Shown here: piece by piece, positions 25,999-32,463 of the stretch | How positions within the stretch are numbered: the stretch's first letter is position 1 | Layout of the letters: every line of letters begins with the position of its first letter | Origin: an uncultured Planctomycetia bacterium | GTDB lineage: Bacteria; Planctomycetota; SZUA-567; JAKLDR01 | DNA: 32,463 bases | Assembly: GCA_964581145.1 (NCBI GenBank) | Contig: CAZONU010000004.1 | Span: forward strand, 1-32,463 | Direction of reading: 5' to 3' | The notes under the pieces: generated by a model | The model's input: only the letters and a program-made list of their open reading frames with translations | What the model was told of the DNA's origin: nothing | The model's database searches: none | Program-made: the position numbers and the translations under genes

Positions 25999-27473
25999 GA
26001 CTGGGCTGGGTGCACTACTCGATAGGGGCGCAGAGCGGCGTGGAGATGGTCATGCGCCGCTTCGCCGAGGGGCTGCTCGGCGCCGACCCGGGCCTGGCCG
26101 TTCACTTCGTGGGCCGCACCGGGGCCTTCGCCGCCGACTGGCTGGCGCTGGCCCCCGGGCGGGTGAGCGCCGCGAACCTGCCGGAAATGGCCCTGGGCAC
26201 CTGGACGAGCACCGCGCCGGAGAGCCGCTCCAGGCTGGCCGAGAAGCTGGCCGCGGACCTGGGCCGCGAGCTGGCCGGCTGCGAGGCGGTCATCGTGGAG
26301 AACGCCTCGGTCGGCGCGCACCCCGCGCTCAACCTGGCCCTGGCGCGGATTCTCGCCGACGAGGCCTTCAAGAAGGTGCGTTTCGTCTTCCGGGTGCACG
26401 ACCTGGCCTTCAGCCGGCCGGCCAACTTCGCGGCCATGAGGGCCGTCGCCGAGGAGACCGGGCTCTTCGCCCACGACCTGCTCTTTCCCAAGAACCCCAA
26501 CGCCCTGCACCTGACCGTCAACCGCGCCGACGCCTACATGCTGTACGCCCTGGGGCTGGACCAGGAGCGCATCCGCTACCTGCCCAATCCGGTGGACGAG
26601 TCCCTGGCCGGCGGCGGGAAGCTGGCCGTCCCGCTGCGCGTCGAGATGGAGAAGCTCGGCTGGGTCAAGCCCGGCGAGCAGCTGCTCATCTACCCGGTGC
26701 GCGCCGTGCCCCGCAAGAACATCAGCGAGGCCCTGCTCGTCACCCGGCTGCTCAACCTGCTGGCCAGCGGGCAGGGGGGCATCCCCCACGCGCTTCAGCC
26801 CGAGGGCCCCTTCCGCCTGCTGGTGGCCATCCATCCCGAGGAGCGCAAGTTCAGCCGCTACGTGGAGCTCCTCGGCGAGTTCATCGAGAAGAACGACTTC
26901 GAGGCCCGGCTGGGCCTGGAGGAGCTGGTCGGGCCGGTCTGCCGCCTGAAGCGGGGCGGGGACTCCGCCGAGTGCTTCGGGGTCGCCGAGCTCTACGCCG
27001 CCGGTGCGGCGGCGGTGAGCACCTCGGTGCTGGAGGGCTTCGGCTTCGGCTTCCTGGAGCCCTGGTGCGCCGGGCGGGTGGCCATCGGCCGGCGGGTGCC
27101 GGTGATGGACGACTTCGTGCTCACCGGGATGCGCATGGACCACTTCTACCGGCGGCTCTCGGTGGCCGATTGCGACTTCCCCCACGTGGCCGAGCCGGAG
27201 CCCTCGGTCTTCGCGCCGGTGACCAACGACTTCGACGAGGAGGGCATGCGCCGGCGCCTGGAGATGGTCCTGGGGCTGGACGCCGGCTCGCGCCTGGGGC
27301 ACTTCCTGACCGAGAACCGCTGGGCGGTGGAGCGCATGCTCGAGGCCCTGGTGCGGCCCTCCCGCCTGGTGGCCCACAACCGCGAGCGGGCCTTCGAGAC
27401 CTTCTCGCTGGCCAAACTCAGCTCCCGCCTGGCCGCCACCCTCCGCGGCGAGCCCGACCCCGCGGAGGGCTGA
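25995..27473 (+). CDS. GT-B retaining (GT4-like) glycosyltransferase
   Basis: ATG25995 after GGAGG, overlapping the upstream stop; HY...SGVEMV, VHD, PVRAVPRKNI, STSVLEGFGFGFLEPW. Confidence 0.8.
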   Translation: MRLGWVHYSIGAQSGVEMVMRRFAEGLLGADPGLAVHFVGRTGAFAADWLALAPGRVSAANLPEMALGTWTSTAPESRSRLAEKLAADLGRELAGCEAVIVENASVGAHPALNLALARILADEAFKKVRFVFRVHDLAFSRPANFAAMRAVAEETGLFAHDLLFPKNPNALHLTVNRADAYMLYALGLDQERIRYLPNPVDESLAGGGKLAVPLRVEMEKLGWVKPGEQLLIYPVRAVPRKNISEALLVTRLLNLLASGQGGIPHALQPEGPFRLLVAIHPEERKFSRYVELLGEFIEKNDFEARLGLEELVGPVCRLKRGGDSAECFGVAELYAAGAAAVSTSVLEGFGFGFLEPWCAGRVAIGRRVPVMDDFVLTGMRMDHFYRRLSVADCDFPHVAEPEPSVFAPVTNDFDEEGMRRRLEMVLGLDAGSRLGHFLTENRWAVERMLEALVRPSRLVAHNRERAFETFSLAKLSSRLAATLRGEPDPAEG

Positions 27474-28168
27474 TGCCCGCGACCGGCGCGCTGCTGATGG
27501 CCGCGGGCGGGCTGCTGGCGGCCTACCTCCTGGGCGCGGTCCCCTTCGGGTACATCGTGGCCCGCGCCAGGGGCGTGGATATCCGCTCGGTGGGCAGCGG
27601 CAACATCGGGGCCACCAACGTGGGCCGGGCCTGCGGCAGGCTGTGGGGCGTCGCCGTGTTCGTCCTGGATGCCGGCAAGGGATACCTGGCCGCGGGCCCC
27701 CTGGCCTGGCTGGTGCTCGACCTCGGCTCGGTGCCGGCCGGGGGTCTCTTGCGCTCCGGGATCGGGCCGCTCTACGCGGTGGCGGTCTTTGCCGGGCACG
27801 TCTGGCCGGTCTTCCTGGGCTTCAGGGGCGGCAAGGGGGTGGCCACCGGAGCGGGTGCGGTGGGAGCCCTGGCGCCGGTACCGCTGGCCGCCGGCCTGGC
27901 GCTGTGGGGGGTCTCGCTGCTCGTCACCCGCTACGTGTCCGTGGCCTCCATGTTCGGGGCGCTGGGCGTGGCCGGCATCTGCTTCGCGCGGCGCTGGCAG
28001 GCCGGGCGCCTGAGTGAGGAGTGGCCGGTCTGGGGACTGACCGCGGTGCTGGCGGTCCTGGTGGCAGTGCGCCACCGGTCGAACATCGCCCGGCTGGTCA
28101 GGGGTCAGGAGCCCCGGCTGGGCCGCAGGAAGGCGGCGCCGGCGCCGGAAACGGGGCAGGCCGAATGA
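27473..28168 (+). CDS. plsY: glycerol-3-phosphate acyltransferase
   Basis: YLLGAVPFG, GSGNIGATNV, GHVWPVFLGFRGGKGVAT, RHRSNI; TGATG overlap. Confidence 0.95.
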   Translation: MPATGALLMAAGGLLAAYLLGAVPFGYIVARARGVDIRSVGSGNIGATNVGRACGRLWGVAVFVLDAGKGYLAAGPLAWLVLDLGSVPAGGLLRSGIGPLYAVAVFAGHVWPVFLGFRGGKGVATGAGAVGALAPVPLAAGLALWGVSLLVTRYVSVASMFGALGVAGICFARRWQAGRLSEEWPVWGLTAVLAVLVAVRHRSNIARLVRGQEPRLGRRKAAPAPETGQAE

Positions 28169-29154
28169 GCAGGATCGCGGTCCTCGGCGACGGGGGCTGG
28201 GGCACCGCGCTGGCGCTCTCGGCGCTGCGCGCGGGGCACGATGTCGCGCTGTGGAGCGCCTTCCCGGACTACGCCGCCGAGTTCGCCGAAAAGCGCGAGA
28301 ACGTCAAGTTCCTGCCGGGGGTGCGCGTCCCCGGGGAGGTCCGGATAACCGCTGACCCGGCCGAGGCCCTGACCGGCGTCGAGGCGGCCGTAAGCGCGAT
28401 CCCCACCCAGTTCACCCGCGAGACGCTGGGCCGGGTCGCGGCGAGCATCCCCGCCGACTGCCTGCTGGTTTCGGCCTCCAAGGGCCTGGAGCGGGGCACG
28501 CTGCTGCGGCCCAGCCAGGTGCTCGACGAGGTCGCGCCGGATCACAGAATCGTGGTGTTCAGCGGTCCCAGCCACGCCGAGGAGGTGGCCCGCGGCCTGC
28601 CCGCCTCGGTGGTGGCGGCCGCGGCGCGCGGGAGCGACGCCGAAAGGGTCCAGAAGCTGCTGATGGGCCCGGCGCTGAGGATCTACACCAGCACCGACGT
28701 GGCCGGCGTGGAGCTGGGCGCGGCGCTGAAGAACGTGATCGCGCTGGCCGCCGGCTGCGCGGACGGCCTGGCGCTGGGCGACAACGCCAAGGCGGCGCTG
28801 ATTACCAGAGGCATAGTCGAGCTGGCCCGCCTGGGCACCGCGCTGGGCGCGCGCGCGGAAACGTTCGGGGGGCTCTCCGGGCTGGGCGACCTGGTGGTCA
28901 CCTGCGCCTCGAAGCACAGCCGCAACCGCGCGGTGGGCGAGCGCCTGGGCCGCGGCGAGAAGCTGGCGGAGGTTCTCGAATCGACTGAAACGATTGCCGA
29001 GGGCGTGCCCACGACGGAGGCGATAATCGAGCTGGCCGCGGGGCACGGCATCGAGCTGCCCATCGCCGAGGCGGTCAAGCGCGTTCTCGAAGGCGGCAGC
29101 CCCAAGGAGCAGGTCATCAAGCTGATGGCCCGGGCGCCCAAGTCGGAGGGATAG
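28165..29154 (+). CDS. gpsA: NAD(P)H-dependent glycerol-3-phosphate dehydrogenase
   Basis: GDGGWGTALA, SKGLE, SGPSHAEEV, LKNVIA, GLGDLVVTC, SRN; ATGA overlap. Confidence 0.95.
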   Translation: MSRIAVLGDGGWGTALALSALRAGHDVALWSAFPDYAAEFAEKRENVKFLPGVRVPGEVRITADPAEALTGVEAAVSAIPTQFTRETLGRVAASIPADCLLVSASKGLERGTLLRPSQVLDEVAPDHRIVVFSGPSHAEEVARGLPASVVAAAARGSDAERVQKLLMGPALRIYTSTDVAGVELGAALKNVIALAAGCADGLALGDNAKAALITRGIVELARLGTALGARAETFGGLSGLGDLVVTCASKHSRNRAVGERLGRGEKLAEVLESTETIAEGVPTTEAIIELAAGHGIELPIAEAVKRVLEGGSPKEQVIKLMARAPKSEG

Positions 29155-29160
29155 ACGAAA

Positions 29161-29754
29161 GTGAAAATGAAAAGGTTCTGCACGCTGGCCGTCGCTGCCC
29201 TGTTCGCTCTCGGATGCGGCAAGGATGACGACTACAAGAAGAAGCCCGGGAACAACGGGGCGGTCCAACCGAAGAGGGGAAAGGCCCCGAAGACGCCCGA
29301 CGCGGAGATGTTCGTCTGGCCGGAGAGCACCTTCGCCGAGGTCAAGGGCTCGCTCTCGACCGGCAAGAACGTGTACGAGGAGAAGCGGGTGGACGCCTGC
29401 ATCGAAGCCGCCGGGAAGCTGGCGGCCATCAACAAAGAGCACAAGGGAGACGCCAAGGCCGTGGCTGAGAAGTCGCTGCCGGCGGTCAAGGCCGCCGGCT
29501 TCAAGGACTACGGCGACTACGTGGCCGCGCAGGGCCAGCTGCTCGCCGGCTTCGCCGTCTTCCAGCAGATGCGGACCTTTGAAAAGATGAAGAAGAGCAT
29601 GAGCGAATCCGGCCCCGGCGCAGCGGTGCTCAAGATGTCCAAGGGCGAGATGCTCAAAGCCCTGCGCAAGAACCTCAAGGATCTCAAGCTCACCGAGGCG
29701 GACCTGCGCCTGCTTCACAGGAAGAACAGGAAGCTGGTTAACTTTTTCAAGTAG
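29161..29754 (+). CDS. hypothetical Lys-rich lipoprotein
   Basis: MKRFCTLAVAALFALGC lipobox; GC3-rich codons; start may be ATG29167. Confidence 0.7.
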   Translation: MKMKRFCTLAVAALFALGCGKDDDYKKKPGNNGAVQPKRGKAPKTPDAEMFVWPESTFAEVKGSLSTGKNVYEEKRVDACIEAAGKLAAINKEHKGDAKAVAEKSLPAVKAAGFKDYGDYVAAQGQLLAGFAVFQQMRTFEKMKKSMSESGPGAAVLKMSKGEMLKALRKNLKDLKLTEADLRLLHRKNRKLVNFFK

Positions 29755-29785
29755 CCGGCCCCGGGCACGCGCGCGGGAGCGCAGC

Positions 29786-30592
29786 TCAGCCGCCCCCTTC
29801 GCCGAGCAGCAGGCGCAGCACCAGGTTGGCCTGCATGTGCGCGGCAACGCCCACGCGGGGGGCCATCAGCCCGCAGCCCGGCTCGGCGGCGCTTTCCAGG
29901 TCGCCGACCACGTGGATGCAGCGGCCCAATTTCCTCACGCCGATGTCCCCGCCCGGCCCGTGACCGGCCAGGCCGGAGGCCATGACCAGCGGTCTTTCGG
30001 GATACGCCGCCGCGAAGCTCTCCATGAGCATGGCCTTCTCCCCCGGCGCGTCGAAGGCCTCCACCAGCACGTCGACGCCGGAGAATATCCCGGGGACGTT
30101 CCCGGGGGTCAGGCGCACGGCGTGCGCCGTCAGCTCCACGTAGGGGTTGATGCGCGCCAGGTTCTCGGCCAGCGCCTCGGCCTTGAGGCTGCCGATCTGC
30201 TCGACGAAGTACTGCTGGCGGTTGAGGTTGGAGGGCTCGACCACGTCGAAGTCGGCGAGCACCAGGTGCCCGACGCCCAGCCGGGCCAGGGCGATGGCGG
30301 CCGCCGAGCCCAGCCCGCCGAGCCCGGCGATGCCCACCGTCGCGCGCTTGACCCTCTCGTGAACCCCCGGGGTGTGCCGGGCGGCCATCAGGGCTTCGAG
30401 CTGCTCTTCCGAGGGGACCTCGCCGCGCTTGATGAAGACCACGCTGTCGCCCTCGGCCAGCTGGCGGTCCCCGTCCGCCGGCGCGCCGTTATGGACCACC
30501 ACGTCGGCGTCGGGCTTGAGGCGGTCTCTGAGGGCGAACAGGGTGGTGCCGGGCTCGACGTCCAGCTCCTGCTCGGCTGCGAGGATTCTCAC
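29786..30592 (-). CDS. thiF: ThiS adenylyltransferase with N-terminal ThiS-like domain
   Basis: GTG30592 after AGGA; GLGGLGS, DFDVVEPSNLNRQ, EAFD, GLMAPRV; N-terminal ubiquitin-like segment ...DADVVVHNG...IKRG. Confidence 0.88.
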   Translation of the reverse strand: MRILAAEQELDVEPGTTLFALRDRLKPDADVVVHNGAPADGDRQLAEGDSVVFIKRGEVPSEEQLEALMAARHTPGVHERVKRATVGIAGLGGLGSAAAIALARLGVGHLVLADFDVVEPSNLNRQQYFVEQIGSLKAEALAENLARINPYVELTAHAVRLTPGNVPGIFSGVDVLVEAFDAPGEKAMLMESFAAAYPERPLVMASGLAGHGPGGDIGVRKLGRCIHVVGDLESAAEPGCGLMAPRVGVAAHMQANLVLRLLLGEGGG

Positions 30593-31059
30593 TCCTGCTG
30601 CTTCTCCTCCGGCGCCGCGGGCGAGTCGGTCTCCACCAGCCCGGCGGAGGCCGGTGCGGGAACGGGGCCCGCCGGCTTCTTCTCCATGGAATTCCAGAAC
30701 AGCTTCACCGCGGCCACCACCATCACCAGGGCGAATATCTTCTGGAGGGTGGCCTTGGGCAGGGCGACCGCGATCTTGACGCCGAGGTAGGCCCCAACGG
30801 CGGCGGCGACGAACATAAAGGCCACGGGCACGAGGTCGATCTTGATGGCAGGCTCCGCCCAGTACCGGTAGAAGCCCATGATGGCGATGGCGATCATCGC
30901 GCCCATGCTGGTGGCCTGAGCCACCTTCTGGTTGAAGCTGAACAGGACCACCAGCGCCGGGACCATAATCACCCCGCCGCCTATGCCCAGGGCGGCACCG
31001 GCGGTGCCGGCGGCCAGGCCCAAAAGGAGATACGCCCACCACAGCTGCATGTGGTCCAT
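30589..31059 (-). CDS. half-size TauE/SafE (TSUP) family transporter
   Basis: ATG31059 after GGAGGA; LGIGGGVIMVPAL, AQATS; four hydrophobic helices. Confidence 0.85.
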   Translation of the reverse strand: MDHMQLWWAYLLLGLAAGTAGAALGIGGGVIMVPALVVLFSFNQKVAQATSMGAMIAIAIMGFYRYWAEPAIKIDLVPVAFMFVAAAVGAYLGVKIAVALPKATLQKIFALVMVVAAVKLFWNSMEKKPAGPVPAPASAGLVETDSPAAPEEKQQE

Positions 31060-31192
31060 CTTAAGTCCTCCGGGGTGAGGGTGCGAGGCTTTCAAGGGGA
31101 TGCCGGGGCTAATCCTTAGCTTCCCGCTCCATTTTGACGGCGTTCATGCCCACTAAGCAGAGATTCCCGCCTCAGCCTCGGGCATTGGCGGG

Positions 31193-31942
31193 CTAGTCTT
31201 TCTTGGCGCTCTCGGCCTCGGGCTCGGACTTCTCTTTGGGCTCCTCCTTCTTCCCGGGCTTGGGGAGCGCCTTGACCTCGGGGAGCTCGTACTCCTCCGG
31301 CTCCGGGCTGGCCGCGTCGCGATAGAGGATTATCATCGCGCGGCCGTACCACCCGCCCGTGCCGTGCTTGGGATGGAGTATCGGCCGGCGGAAGAAGTAG
31401 ACCCGTTTGCTCTTGGTGCCGATGATCACGCTGCCCTCGATTATCTGGACGCGGCCCATGTCCGGGTTGGGCGGAGGGCCGGCCGGGCCCTCGGGCCAGT
31501 GCCTGCCCATGCTGTACCTGACGACTTCGCCGCCGGCGGCCTTGCCCTCCTTGTAGAAGCAGGCGTCGGCGGTGGGGTCCTTGGCCCCCTGCGAGACGGT
31601 GATGACCGCGTCGAAGAGGTCGCCGGCCTTGGCGTGCTCCTTGAAGGGGGCCCAGACCTCCTCGGGCAGGTGGCCCTCGTTCTTCTTGTCCTTGCCGGTG
31701 TAGTAGTAGTCGCAGGCGATGTCGTCGAGCTGGTCGAGCAGGATCATGCCGCGAATGATCTTGACCTGCCGGGCGCGCTTCTGGCGCTGGATCATGTAGT
31801 AGGCGAAGGCGCCGATGACCAGCACGACGCCGACCAGCGCGACCAGCAGGACCAGGGCCACATAGGGATTGCGCGGCTTGCGCGCCGGCGCGCCTTCGGG
31901 TTCCTTCTGCTTCTGCCTGATTCGCGAGCGGGCTATGGCCAT
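31193..31942 (-). CDS. hypothetical single-pass membrane protein
   Basis: One N-terminal transmembrane helix (YVALVLLVALVGVVLVIGAFAYY), charged tail, GGAG RBS, GC3 bias. Confidence 0.7.
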   Translation of the reverse strand: MAIARSRIRQKQKEPEGAPARKPRNPYVALVLLVALVGVVLVIGAFAYYMIQRQKRARQVKIIRGMILLDQLDDIACDYYYTGKDKKNEGHLPEEVWAPFKEHAKAGDLFDAVITVSQGAKDPTADACFYKEGKAAGGEVVRYSMGRHWPEGPAGPPPNPDMGRVQIIEGSVIIGTKSKRVYFFRRPILHPKHGTGGWYGRAMIILYRDAASPEPEEYELPEVKALPKPGKKEEPKEKSEPEAESAKKD

Positions 31943-31977
31943 TTATCTGTCTCCGAGACGGTCCCCTGACGGGCCGC

Positions 31978-32006
31978 ATGATAGCGGGATTCGCGGGAGG
32001 CGGCAA
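31978..32006 (-). promoter_or_regulatory. promoter TTGCCG-N17-TATCAT
   Basis: -35 at 32006-32001 and -10 at 31983-31978, upstream of ATG31942. Confidence 0.5.
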
Positions 32007-32298
32007 GCGAAAGTGCGGGGCCGGTCGAAGTGAAACAGGGAAGGGCGGAGGGGGGAATAGGGGCAAAGAGGAGCATCTCCCTCCTACTCTAACCTTTGTC
32101 CTTTCAAGGACGTACCATCCAGCCCTCGGATTCCGCGCTGATTCTCCCTGCGCACAGGTGAGATTTCTCCGGTTCTCCCGGTCACGCCCCCCGGGGTGGA
32201 AACGTCAGACTCGAGGGTAGAGCATGCGTTTTTCGGCTAATAGCTCGCGCGGCGAGCTCGCCGTAAATGGTGGGCCTCGCCCCGTGCGGAGAGGCCCC

Positions 32299-32463
32299 GT
32301 GGCGGACCCGGCGGACAGGTCCGAGCTGGTGGCGCTGGTGAAGGCCGCCCGGCGGGGGGACCGGGAAGCCTATGGTCAGCTGGTCGAGCGCTACCGCAGC
32401 GTGGTCATGGCTTCCATCTACGCCTCGGTCCGCCGCCGGGAGGTCGCCGAGGACCTGGCCCAG
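32299..32463 (+). CDS. ECF sigma-70 factor, 5' part (runs off the window; alternative start ATG32224)
   Basis: Manual translation LVKAARRGDREAYGQLVERYRSVVMASIYASVRRREVAEDLAQ matches sigma region 1.2/2.1; GGAGAGG before GTG32299. Confidence 0.8.
   Translation, partial: MADPADRSELVALVKAARRGDREAYGQLVERYRSVVMASIYASVRRREVAEDLAQ

Noticed and set aside
31060-31192. TPP riboswitch upstream of TauE-thiF
   Set aside because: GGCTGAG is present on the minus strand, but the AACCTGA...GGGA core is missing; only a simple CCCGCC/GGCGGG hairpin is seen.

Overview
GC-rich bacterial chromosomal window, probably Planctomycetota (inferred from the excisionase-HTH/receiver regulator type and the DUF4190 protein). 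The centre is a ~14 kb minus-strand unit (~18190 to 4143) running from a perfect TTGACA-17-TATAAT promoter to a strong hairpin. It encodes an HTH-receiver regulator, two giant secreted repeat proteins (~2112 and ~1563 aa) and a stand-alone secreted C25 (gingipain/PorU-like) cysteine peptidase. The giant proteins have unrelated bodies but end in the same module (369 bp identical in DNA) followed by a ~125-aa 'W-A-P-T-A' C-terminal domain. This suggests an undescribed C25-dependent surface-protein sorting or processing system, which is inference only. The flanks hold: a zinc-ribbon/DUF4190 membrane protein; SGNH hydrolase-lsrF-Zn dehydrogenase; csoR with a deletion-scarred TolC remnant; a DUF4910/M28-AAC(3) fusion; a heparinase II/III-like lipoprotein; a leaderless nitroreductase-glycosyltransferase-plsY-gpsA operon; TauE-thiF; and the start of an ECF sigma factor. 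No RNA genes, CRISPR arrays or mobile elements were seen. All calls are by-eye motif recognition, without database searches.
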